This document shows positions 8,990 to 21,013 of a DNA stretch of 39,492 bases, in pieces (within the stretch, counting starts at the first letter, position 1; every line of letters starts with the position of its first letter). Under the pieces are notes generated by a model. The model saw only the letters and a program-made list of their open reading frames with translations, made no database searches and was not told the origin of the DNA. Where the stretch lies: assembly GCA_964369515.1 (NCBI GenBank), contig CAYJHK010000001.1:1-39492 (forward strand), written 5' to 3'. The translations under genes and the position numbers were made by a program. The DNA is from an uncultured Desulfovibrionaceae bacterium. Its GTDB lineage: Bacteria > Desulfobacterota > Desulfovibrionia > Desulfovibrionales > Desulfovibrionaceae.

Positions 8990-9637
8990 ATGTTAAATGT
9001 CACAGAACTCCTGGAGAAAATCAAGGCTTCACCCTATGAGGAAGTGTTTATAAATGCGCCGCATACAGGCATTGTTACCTTTGCAAATGTAAGTGAAGGT
9101 AGCAAGGTGTATGGGCCTCAAGGCATGTGGAAAGAAAATCCCGGTTCCAAACTGGTTACTATTGAGCGTGAGCATAATCCAAAACCCATCAATGCGCCTG
9201 AAAAAGGTGAAGTATGTGCTATACATAAAGAACTCGAAGGTAAATTTGTGGAGGCAGGAACGCATCTTTTAACGGTACGACATTTTTTAACCAAGAATGA
9301 AGTAGTGCAAAAAATATTGAAACAAACCTTGCACCTTTTCAAAGCTCCAGAGCGTGCAAAATATTATTTTACGCCGGAAATTGACAAAAAAATACGTGCG
9401 TCCGGTTCGCAAGCAGTGTCCGTTTCCGATGGCATGGAGCTATTCATTATGTCACGCATGAAACGAGAAGCACCATTGCACTATAACGGGCCAAACGGTA
9501 TTATTTATGCCATATACTTCAAACACACGGAAAATGTAGATGCAGAGCAAGCATTGATTGGCGTTTGTCCGCCGGATCAGCTGGCTGCCATTGAAGAAGT
9601 GGTCTTGCGTGTACAGACAGAATGGCGGGAAAATTAA
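8990..9637 (+). CDS. hypothetical protein with two biotinyl/lipoyl-like hybrid-barrel repeats; candidate atypical BCCP
   Basis: The C-terminal repeat VSDGMELFIMSRMKREAPL..GIIYAIYFKHTENVDAEQALIGV has BCCP spacing with a Met-Lys at codon 158. The N-terminal repeat lacks it. The gene sits directly after the BC and CT genes. Confidence 0.5.
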   Translation: MLNVTELLEKIKASPYEEVFINAPHTGIVTFANVSEGSKVYGPQGMWKENPGSKLVTIEREHNPKPINAPEKGEVCAIHKELEGKFVEAGTHLLTVRHFLTKNEVVQKILKQTLHLFKAPERAKYYFTPEIDKKIRASGSQAVSVSDGMELFIMSRMKREAPLHYNGPNGIIYAIYFKHTENVDAEQALIGVCPPDQLAAIEEVVLRVQTEWREN

Positions 9638-9643
9638 GATATT

Positions 9644-9979
9644 ATGGGAAAGGCACTACAAATTAGGGTTTCGGCCGTGACGTGGGATGAAAATTTACCT
9701 ACAAAACTTTGGCCACAACTTATGGAACTGGCAGAAAGTATTCCAAGCTCCGAGTCAAGGCTTGGGGTTGTGGAATTGGTTTATCGTTTGCATGATGGTT
9801 TACAATTTATGAAGTGGAGCGAAAAGCGTGTTGCTGCCCTTGGCGAAAATATTCAAAACGCCATGAAAGTTGTCAAAGACTTGGAGTCGGCGCTTGCTGA
9901 TTGGGATCCACGCAAAGCCAACAGCCTAAGCGATGCCCTCGAAGATATTTTACATACTTTAGAAGACCGTTTTTGTTGA
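9644..9979 (+). CDS. hypothetical protein (111 aa, helical-looking, no recognisable motif)
   Basis: ORF packed 6 nt after the previous gene on the same strand. No family recognised. Confidence 0.55.
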   Translation: MGKALQIRVSAVTWDENLPTKLWPQLMELAESIPSSESRLGVVELVYRLHDGLQFMKWSEKRVAALGENIQNAMKVVKDLESALADWDPRKANSLSDALEDILHTLEDRFC

Positions 9980-10025
9980 TAAAGTCAAACAAATACAGTT
10001 TACCATATAATAAAAGGAGCTATTT

Positions 10026-10628
10026 ATGTTAAATAAAGTGCAACTTATCGGCCGTCTTGGAGCCGATCCCGAATTGAAATATTTGCAAAACGGTACCCCT
10101 ATGTGCAACTTTAGAGTTGCCACCGATGAATATTATAACGACAAGGAAGGAAATAGAGTCCAACAAACTGAATGGCATAGAGTTACTGTATTTCAACGCA
10201 GTGCAGAAAATTGCGGCAGGTACTTGTCTAAAGGTTCGCTTGTATATGTGGAAGGATCTTTGCAAACACGAAAATGGCAAGACCAACAGGGAAATGATCG
10301 TTACTCGACAGATATTAGAGCACAAAAAGTTCAGTTTCTTGATAGAAAAGGCGAAGGCGGCGGACAAGGTGGTCAAAACTGGCAAGGCGGACAGGGCGGA
10401 CAAAACTGGCAGGGCGGTCAAGGCGGACAGAGCGGTCAAGGCGGCGGCTGGCAAGACGGACAAGGCGGTGGCTGGCCGTCTGAAGCTGACAGCTATGGCA
10501 GCGAAAGCTTCCCTCAACAAAATCAAGCCAGACAACAAAGTGGTGGTGGCAGCACAGGCGGCGGTCAAGTACAAGATGGCTCACCATTTCCTTCCGAAGC
10601 CAGCGATATGGACAAATTTCCCTTTTAG
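10026..10628 (+). CDS. ssb: single-stranded DNA-binding protein
   Basis: OB-fold N-terminus MLNKVQLIGRLGADPELKY...TEWHRV. Gly/Gln-rich tail and aromatic-acidic tip DMDKFPF. RBS AAGGAG upstream. Confidence 0.93.
   Translation: MLNKVQLIGRLGADPELKYLQNGTPMCNFRVATDEYYNDKEGNRVQQTEWHRVTVFQRSAENCGRYLSKGSLVYVEGSLQTRKWQDQQGNDRYSTDIRAQKVQFLDRKGEGGGQGGQNWQGGQGGQNWQGGQGGQSGQGGGWQDGQGGGWPSEADSYGSESFPQQNQARQQSGGGSTGGGQVQDGSPFPSEASDMDKFPF
10359..10439 (+). repeat. three tandem 27-nt repeats inside the ssb tail (GGQGGQNWQ x2, GGQGGQSGQ)
   Basis: Read directly from the translation and nucleotides. Further degenerate GGGW units follow. Confidence 0.85.
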
Positions 10629-10681
10629 AGGAAAGGCTTCTTGATATAGAAATTTTAAGCATAAGTAAGGATATTACTACC

Positions 10682-10987
10682 ATGACAGAAAAAACTCCCC
10701 CCTTAAAAGTGATAGCCATAGTTGAAGCTAAGGATGGCGAGCGTGAGCTTGTGCGCTCTTCGTGCATTGATCTTATTGAACCTACCCGTGCAGAAGCTGG
10801 CTGCCAGCAATATGTACTCCATGAAGACAATGAAAATAAAAATATTTTCGCGTTTTATGAAACATGGGATAGTAAAGCTGCGCTTGAAAGCCATTTGCAA
10901 AGTGCACACTTTAAGCGTTTCGGAGAGGTAACAGCCAATAGCGTAGCTAATGTGCAAATACACCAACTAGCCGAATATCCAGCATAA
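10682..10987 (+). CDS. ABM-domain (antibiotic biosynthesis monooxygenase / YgiN-like) protein
   Basis: 101 aa. Ferredoxin-like ABM pattern (IVEAKDG...FYETWDSKAALESHLQSAHFKRF). Confidence 0.75.
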   Translation: MTEKTPPLKVIAIVEAKDGERELVRSSCIDLIEPTRAEAGCQQYVLHEDNENKNIFAFYETWDSKAALESHLQSAHFKRFGEVTANSVANVQIHQLAEYPA

Positions 10988-11040
10988 ATTTTTCTGCGCA
11001 TTAAATTATATAAGAAAATAATTGCGTAGAGTTCTTGCAA

Positions 11041-11070
11041 GGGGAAAAACTTTGTTACAAGTTTTTCCCC
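11041..11070. terminator. perfect 12-bp hairpin between convergent genes (bidirectional terminator candidate)
   Basis: GGGGAAAAACTT-tgttac-AAGTTTTTCCCC. No clean U-tract on either side. Confidence 0.5.
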
Positions 11071-11102
11071 TAAAATATGGAAAAGTGTACTCTGACTTGT
11101 TC

Positions 11103-11870
11103 CTAGCCAAAAACTCGGCCAAAATACTCTTCTATCTCATCTTCTTGTACGGATGCAGGATAGCTTACGGAAGCATATCCATCGCCCGAAAAACTACGAT
11201 CAATTTCCACCAGTAGGTGTACCGTATCTCCTTCAAGGATGAAGCTCAGTTCCACCTCATTGATAGTGCGTGTAGCCCAGCTAAAGATGCCGGCTGAGGC
11301 AGGGCGCAGTTCAATTTCTTGGTAAACCCCCGAAGAACTAGAAAAACTTGGCGTACTTAAATACCCTTTCTCCACGTCAACTTTCTGCACTTGAAAGCCT
11401 TTTTCCAAAAATTTATTGATCATCATTTCCACGGCCGGATGCGGCAAGACCGTAAGGTAGTCACGGTCATCGCTGTCAACTCCCCATTCAATGTCAAGTT
11501 CGGTATGAATCCAAACTTTGGTTTCATTTTTTTTGGTAGTTATGGCAGTTATGGGTGTTTCGGACGGTAGTTGTATACTAAAAGGTATTTCATATTTTTG
11601 CTTTGCTTCAACCTTCATGGGTTGATTGACCTGAATTTTTCCAATATCCATGTTAATATGGTAGGTTTCTTTTTCGCCGTCAGACTCCCTCTCGGCTTTG
11701 GCACGGGTTCTCACAGAAATTGTTATGTTATTAATATCTTGGTCTACTTTTCCGCCTTGAATATGCACAACACCTTCAACAATATCGCCTTGCATTAGGG
11801 TCATATTTTTTAAAACTGTATCAACTTTTGCGCTGCCGATACCAACTTTAGCCAATAATTTATCAAACAT
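11103..11870 (-). CDS. SpoOM-family (Spo0M-like) protein
   Basis: N-terminus MFDKLLAKVGIGSAKVDTVL is the typical SpoOM start. I placed the start at ATG 11870 rather than the upstream TTG at 11930. Confidence 0.75.
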   Translation of the reverse strand: MFDKLLAKVGIGSAKVDTVLKNMTLMQGDIVEGVVHIQGGKVDQDINNITISVRTRAKAERESDGEKETYHINMDIGKIQVNQPMKVEAKQKYEIPFSIQLPSETPITAITTKKNETKVWIHTELDIEWGVDSDDRDYLTVLPHPAVEMMINKFLEKGFQVQKVDVEKGYLSTPSFSSSSGVYQEIELRPASAGIFSWATRTINEVELSFILEGDTVHLLVEIDRSFSGDGYASVSYPASVQEDEIEEYFGRVFG

Positions 11871-12350
11871 AATCTTATCCTCGTGCTTTGTTTTTTGTTC
11901 CAAATAATGCATTTTCCCCAGCCTTTTCAAAAAATAATATATTTTTGTTTAAATGACAACTATTTTCATAGCCGCAGATACAATGCGAACATGACACGAA
12001 TCTCTATTGCCAGATTATAATCCAAATAAATTTGGCGTTAAGCTCCTCAAACAATAACATACACAAATTACATACTTTTCTTTCGCATAATTTTCTTGTT
12101 AAAATTGGAGATTAACGTTAATTAGAAATGGAGGAAAAAGAGTCATACTTTATTGTAAGTATGCCTTCATAACTATTTGATAAATTACTTTCAATCGTCC
12201 GAAACATAAGAACAAGTAATGCTACTTGTTTATGAAGAATACTCCTTCACTTAAGAAAATGTGCGGCGAATAAAAATTTAATTGCATTGTTTTGTAGTGT
12301 ATTTTAAGTCGAGAATACAGTGTTGAGAACAATTTAAGGAAGAAGTACTT

Positions 12351-12908
12351 ATGTCAAAATTTAAAAAAATTTTTATGGTTTTGAGCGTTATAATGGGGCT
12401 ACACATGCTAAGCATTTTTTGCTTTGCCATGGAAACCACGCCAAGTCACAAGCTTATGCCTTTGCGTTTTAATCAAAAAAAAGCAACAATCACTCTTTAT
12501 CCAAGGGATGCAGACTTGCGTTACGCCGACAATGTCATTGTGGAACCAAAATCTGCACCTTATAATCTTGGCGGATGGCGCACCGATAATACGGTTGCTT
12601 TTCCCCTTGAAATTAAAGAATCCGGAGAATATATTGTAAATATTTACTATAGCAAGGATAAGTCGGTCGGCTCAACAGGAGAACTTAGAATAGGCGGCGT
12701 ATCGGATTTAAGTATTAATTTACAAGCATATGACTATATTGATGTCAACGTACCATTTACCGGAAATTCTTGGTCAACATATAAAACAACTGTTCTTGGA
12801 AGTCTAAAATTACCACAAGGAAAAGTATATCTTGTGTTTATGGATCAAAAAAACAACGCCGGTCAATATGTGATGAATTTACGGGAAGTTAGACTGGAAA
12901 AAAAATAA
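12351..12908 (+). CDS. secreted protein, possible carbohydrate-binding-module-like beta-sandwich
   Basis: N-terminal signal-like hydrophobic segment (KKIFMVLSVIMGLHMLSIFCFA). RBS AAGGAAG. The CBM-like call rests only on a loose pattern (YKTTVLGSLKLPQGKVYLVF). Confidence 0.6.
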   Translation: MSKFKKIFMVLSVIMGLHMLSIFCFAMETTPSHKLMPLRFNQKKATITLYPRDADLRYADNVIVEPKSAPYNLGGWRTDNTVAFPLEIKESGEYIVNIYYSKDKSVGSTGELRIGGVSDLSINLQAYDYIDVNVPFTGNSWSTYKTTVLGSLKLPQGKVYLVFMDQKNNAGQYVMNLREVRLEKK

Positions 12909-12944
12909 TAAATTTAAGATGATGATTACTCATTTCCTCTTGAC

Positions 12945-12985
12945 GGGGAAGGGGACTCGCCCGGTTGCGCAAAGTCCTCTTCCCC
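12945..12985. terminator. G/C-clamped hairpin between convergent genes
   Basis: GGGGAAGGGGACT ... AGTCCTCTTCCCC (one mismatch) with a 15-nt loop. Confidence 0.45.
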
Positions 12986-13009
12986 AAAAAGATGATGAAT
13001 AATTGACTG

Positions 13010-15103
13010 TTAACTGTTCTTCAAATTCTCTACCAGAGCAGCAAGTTGCTGTGCCTGTTCAGTCAGGGATGCAACAGCTTGCGTTGCTTCATTCATGGCG
13101 TTAACGGTATTTGTTGCTATATTGGTCACGGTCATGATGGATTGGGCAATTTCATCAGATGTGGCTGATTGTTGTTCACTGGCTGTAGCAATGGCTCGAA
13201 TTTCATCGGCACTGTGTTCTGCCATCTCCAAAATACCCTGCAAAGCATGTCCGCCTTCTATGGCAAGTTCCGTAGCTTCTTCAATGCGTGCCACTGCTGT
13301 ATCCACTTGCTGAACGTTGACTTCAGTGCTTTGCTGAATGGCATTAATGGCATTGGCAACATCGGTGGTGGATGAGATGGTTTTTTCTGCAAGCTTGCGT
13401 ACTTCATCGGCAACAACAGCAAATCCACGTCCGGCTTCACCGGCTCTTGCAGCTTCAATGGCGGCGTTGAGCGCAAGCAAGTTGGTTTGGTCGGCGATAT
13501 CAGAAATAACACTCATAACCGCACTGATTGATTGCGCATGGCTGGCAAGCTCGCTCATATTTTGGCGCAATTTCAACGATTCATCCTTAACATGCGTCAT
13601 GGAGACTTGGCATTTTTGGGTGATGTTTGCACCGTCAATGGCCTTAGCCTTGGTATTGTCGGCAAGTTCGGCACTGGTGCCGGAGTTTCTGGCCACTTCC
13701 AGCACGGTACCATTCATTTCGTCCATAGCTGTGGCTGTTTCTGTCATTCGTGCCGATTGTTCTTCCGCACCTGAGGTGGACATTTCAATCTGTGCTGAAA
13801 GTTGTTCGGAAGCAGATGCAATATTATTGACAATGCCTTCAAGCTTTGTCACTGCAATCAAGATATTTTTTCTGCTTTCTTCAGCTTCTGCCGCCGATTT
13901 CTCAGCTTGTTTTGTAGCTATGGCCGCATTGTCGGCAGCAACTTGTGCTTCCTTGCTCTTTTCTTCGGATTGAACTACCATAGCAGCAAGATTATTGATC
14001 ATCGCTCTAAAAGCAGCACCTAGGTTTGAAAACTCGTCTTCACGCTTTAAGGCAGCATCAATCTGTGCGTCTTGTTCAGCGGTCAACTTTAAGTTGCCTT
14101 CAGCCACATAGGTTGCGATGTTGGCACTTTGCGAAACGACAACCACCACTTTTTTGATAACAAAATAAACAATAAGCGCCACAATAAATACTATACCTAT
14201 GCTGATAAATGCAAGTATCAGAGTGATTCCATTGGATGTCGTATAAAAATCGCTTTCATCGGTTTCTATGCCCACAATCCATTTTGTGGTGGGCAACTCT
14301 GCAAAATGGGTAAGCTTATCCACGCCTTCCCACTCGTAACGGGTAATGCCGTTTTTTTCGGCCAATACCGTACGAATATATTCGTAAATGCTGTTATCTT
14401 TACCGATAAGCTCCGGAAAGCTTTTTTCCATCAACATTATACCATCGGCATCCACCAAGAAAACACTGGAGGAAGGCATAAGCGTAACTGATTTAATGGT
14501 ATCATCGGCAACGGCATTAAGGTCTACCACAAGCAACAATACACCGTCGGCAAGTTCGTTAGACCCATCTACCGTAATGGGTGAAGTAACCATAATACTT
14601 AGCTTATTTGTAGTTTTAGACATGTTGGTCTTGAAATTGGCCTTACCGCTAAAGGCTTCCACAACGCTTGGGTACCTGCTGACGTCCACTCGAGCCGAAC
14701 TGGGACTGGATGCGGCAATTGTTTTACCGTCCTTTGCCACGATAGCGGCAGCCACAACGTCGGGAAAATCTTCGCACAGTTCAGCGAGCGTTTCTTCGGT
14801 TATCTTTTTTCTGGCAGTAAAGTCATAATCAGAGTCTCGTGCTTGTCCCAAGGAATTGGCCCGTGCGGTGAAATCTTCAATGTCTTGATCGCTATCCAAC
14901 ATATCGGCAAGAGCTATGACATTTTTAAAGATATTATCAATTTCAGAAGCTTGCTTTTTGGCAAACTCAAGTAATTGGATATCCGATGTTTTATACAGTC
15001 CGCTTGAAGTAAGTTGCGCTGCCATAAACGTAAGTACGGCAAAGCCCAAAATAATGGGGATTAAGGTAAAAAGTAATACCTTTCCGAGGAGCTTTAGTTT
15101 CAT
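13010..15103 (-). CDS. methyl-accepting chemotaxis protein (TM, Cache-like periplasmic sensor, TM, HAMP, MCP signalling domain)
   Basis: Invariant hairpin [37 protein letters not shown]. Start moved to ATG 15103 because AAGGA lies 8 nt upstream of it. Confidence 0.92.
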   Translation of the reverse strand: MKLKLLGKVLLFTLIPIILGFAVLTFMAAQLTSSGLYKTSDIQLLEFAKKQASEIDNIFKNVIALADMLDSDQDIEDFTARANSLGQARDSDYDFTARKKITEETLAELCEDFPDVVAAAIVAKDGKTIAASSPSSARVDVSRYPSVVEAFSGKANFKTNMSKTTNKLSIMVTSPITVDGSNELADGVLLLVVDLNAVADDTIKSVTLMPSSSVFLVDADGIMLMEKSFPELIGKDNSIYEYIRTVLAEKNGITRYEWEGVDKLTHFAELPTTKWIVGIETDESDFYTTSNGITLILAFISIGIVFIVALIVYFVIKKVVVVVSQSANIATYVAEGNLKLTAEQDAQIDAALKREDEFSNLGAAFRAMINNLAAMVVQSEEKSKEAQVAADNAAIATKQAEKSAAEAEESRKNILIAVTKLEGIVNNIASASEQLSAQIEMSTSGAEEQSARMTETATAMDEMNGTVLEVARNSGTSAELADNTKAKAIDGANITQKCQVSMTHVKDESLKLRQNMSELASHAQSISAVMSVISDIADQTNLLALNAAIEAARAGEAGRGFAVVADEVRKLAEKTISSTTDVANAINAIQQSTEVNVQQVDTAVARIEEATELAIEGGHALQGILEMAEHSADEIRAIATASEQQSATSDEIAQSIMTVTNIATNTVNAMNEATQAVASLTEQAQQLAALVENLKNS

Positions 15104-15201
15104 ATTCACCATCCTTTTTTAGATAAACTGGTAATAAAATAAACAGAAGACGCTTTAAGCTTATTTGCGGCAAGTCTTAAAGCCCTGTTGAACAAAATAT
15201 A

Positions 15202-15228
15202 CAATCGGAATTTTACTCAAAATCTTTA
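15202..15228 (-). promoter_or_regulatory. putative sigma-28-type promoter for the MCP gene
   Basis: The minus strand reads TAAAGATT-N11-TCCGATTG, against consensus TAAAGTTT-N11-GCCGATAA. About 100 nt upstream of the MCP start. Confidence 0.4.
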
Positions 15229-15273
15229 GGCGAACGGAGAGCAATACTAAAAGCTTTGCACAATTCAAAAAGG

Positions 15274-15356
15274 CATGGATTGCATCAAAGCTTCGCTCCT
15301 CGCAATGACTTGATTTTATAACGAAAGCCATTGCAAGCGCAGCGAAGCAATCCATG
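15274..15356. repeat. 83-bp imperfect palindrome (REP-like element)
   Basis: CATGGATTGC...GCTTCGCT..CGCAATGAC / GCCATTGCAAGCGCAGCGAAGCAATCCATG. Shares the CGCAATG/GCAATGGATTGC core with the array at 25698-25837. Confidence 0.7.
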
Positions 15357-15546
15357 TATTTTGTCAATTCCAGAAATTGCGCAGAGGTCTCATATTGTAA
15401 TTTTTATTGCCACTATGCCACAATTTTGATTAGGTTTTACACACTTAAGCAAGTAAAATCCCTTGTAAGCAAAACCTTTACAGTACGCTGTTATTGCTAT
15501 ATAAAAATTGACATAAAACAATTCCATTTCATTTGAGAGGTCTTTT

Positions 15547-16077
15547 ATGCTCAAACATGTATTTGTAGCCATAAGTCTTGACGGATATATTGCCGATGCA
15601 CAAAATGGCGTTGAATGGCTCAATGCCTACCCTCAAGATTTAGGGGAAAATTCTGCCTTCAACGTTTTTATGGGCAGTATGGACGCGCTCATCATGGGTC
15701 GGAACACCTTTGAAGCTGTGCACTCATTCCAACAATGGCCATACACAATACCGGTTTGGGTCATGAGCAAAACGCTTGCATCTTTACCTGAAGGATACAA
15801 TGGAAAAGCTACGCTTTGCTCTGATAACATAGAAGTCACGCTGAAAAAAGCCTCAGAGCAAGGCTTTAAAAATCTTTATATTGATGGCGGTAGGCTTGTC
15901 CAAAGCTTTTTACAAAAAGACCTCATTGATAGCATTACTCTTACACGTATCCCTATAATTCTTGGTGGCGGAGTTCCGCTTTTTGGGGAACTTGCACAAA
16001 CGTCTACCTTTGAGCATATCCACACACAAGTTCTTGAAGGTGGTTTGGTTATGAGCGGTTATGCACGAGTGCGTTGA
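15547..16077 (+). CDS. dihydrofolate-reductase-like / RibD C-terminal domain family reductase
   Basis: FVAISLDGYIA, LIMGRNTFE and YIDGGRLVQSFL motifs; 176 aa. Confidence 0.8.
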   Translation: MLKHVFVAISLDGYIADAQNGVEWLNAYPQDLGENSAFNVFMGSMDALIMGRNTFEAVHSFQQWPYTIPVWVMSKTLASLPEGYNGKATLCSDNIEVTLKKASEQGFKNLYIDGGRLVQSFLQKDLIDSITLTRIPIILGGGVPLFGELAQTSTFEHIHTQVLEGGLVMSGYARVR

Positions 16078-16107
16078 AAAACATCGTTTGCATCATTACC
16101 CGACAAT

Positions 16108-16306
16108 TTATCGGTCCATTGAAAAAATCTGTTCCAAAAAGTTTTTTAATAAAATGTTAACTTTATCGTTTTCCTACAGGTTGTTCAAAAAGTGTAAGAT
16201 ACGAGGAAGACGAAGTTTTTTTGCGTAGGGAGTGTATACAGACATACATGACCGGAGCAAAAAACGAGTCTGACGAAGTAGATTGCACTTTTTCAAAAGC
16301 CTGTTA
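16108..16306 (+). repeat. 199-bp repeat A, copy 1 (copy 2 at 39172-39370)
   Basis: Hand alignment is gapless and nearly identical. It contains an internal imperfect inverted repeat GTTCAAAAAGTGTAAGATAC / GTAGATTGCACTTTTTCAA. Confidence 0.85.
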
Positions 16307-16310
16307 CGAC

Positions 16311-16346
16311 CTCTGCTCAATTCATGGTTATTTGAATTGAGCAGAG
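16311..16346. terminator. perfect 14-bp hairpin, bidirectional terminator candidate
   Basis: CTCTGCTCAATTCA-tggttatt-TGAATTGAGCAGAG, followed by TTTATAATT on the plus strand. Lies 25 nt beyond the stop of the minus-strand PPIase gene. Confidence 0.6.
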
Positions 16347-16370
16347 TTTATAATTCATTATTTTTGAAGA

Positions 16371-16793
16371 CTATTTCACTGCAACAATTTCAATTTCAAA
16401 GGTGAGCGATTGCCCGGCAAGAGGATGATTTGCATTAAGAACGATGCTTTCATCATTAACTTGGAAAATTTCCACATTCATATCGCCTTCTTCGTTGGAA
16501 AGCGAAAGTTGCATCCCAACTTCCGGCTTTATTTCCTCGGGAAGGTCTGCACGGGCTACTTCAAAAAGAAGTCCTTCGTCCATTTCTCCATAAGCTTCTT
16601 CGGGGGGGATAGTAACGGTAACAACATCCCCGGCTTCCTTTCCCATGAGGGCTTTTTCAAAACCTTCGATGAGCATTTTCTTACCCATGGTAAATTCCAA
16701 GGGTTCACGCTCACGGGAAGAATCAAAAACAGTACCGTCGGCTAGGGTTCCTGTATAATGTACCGACAGCTGATCATCATTTTTAATGGGCAT
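16371..16793 (-). CDS. FKBP-type peptidyl-prolyl cis-trans isomerase with insert-in-flap chaperone domain (SlyD/SlpA-like, no His-rich tail)
   Basis: VHYTGTLADGTVFDSS, LIEGFEKALMGK and NHPLAGQSLTFEIEIV motifs. Start placed at ATG 16793 (MPIKNDD). Confidence 0.88.
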   Translation of the reverse strand: MPIKNDDQLSVHYTGTLADGTVFDSSREREPLEFTMGKKMLIEGFEKALMGKEAGDVVTVTIPPEEAYGEMDEGLLFEVARADLPEEIKPEVGMQLSLSNEEGDMNVEIFQVNDESIVLNANHPLAGQSLTFEIEIVAVK

Positions 16794-17213
16794 AGTTTTT
16801 CTCCAATATTTTTGTGTTTGCCTTACGAAAAAGCACACTTCATTAAAAAGTGAATACCATCGTTTTCCTCATATTGCAAATAATAAGAAATAATCTATTT
16901 ATTAAGCTTTTATGAAGATGCGCTAAACAAACTTCCCCACTCTGACTTTTCTTTCAAAAAAATGCAAGCATATTCACTCAACATTATTTTTTATTGATGT
17001 GAAAAAATGGAAGAATGGAGCTTTTCGACACTTGATTTTTATGCTGATAAAGCTTAATGATAGTCTTGATTTTGCTTACTCTATGTAAGATAAATATTAC
17101 AGAGACATACATAATTTGTGGTATCAATTTTAGACCATTGCGGATGCGAGTTTCGAATTAACCTTCGATTTTATGCATGTATTTAATACACAAATCCCAT
17201 GAAATAACAATAA

Positions 17214-20873
<3,660 letters not shown>

Positions 20874-21013
20874 ACAATTATAATATCTAGAGGGGGGTGG
20901 ATTTTCATCCCCTTCTCTATATTGTCCGGAGTCAATGCTCTATAAGCTCCTGTGCAATGAATGGCGCACAGGTTTCCTTTAAGAAATTTTTACCATGGTC
21001 ATCGGAGGCTTTC

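Noticed and set aside
10029-10644. 181-aa minus-strand and 175-aa plus-strand ORFs overlapping ssb.
   Set aside because: They are artefacts of the GGN/CAR-rich tandem repeats in the ssb tail, which keep all frames open.
15161-15367. 68-aa ORF (MDCFAALAMA...), and also the 67-aa ORF at 39238-39441.
   Set aside because: Both are translations of repeat elements (the 83-bp palindrome and repeat A) with no RBS. Such repeats commonly generate false small ORFs.
20897-21013. N-terminal 39-aa extension of the pta ORF, and the similar extensions at 17241 (por), 16838 (PPIase), 11930 (Spo0M-like) and 15112 (MCP).
   Set aside because: Downstream ATGs have proper Shine-Dalgarno sequences, and they give N-termini matching the conserved family starts.
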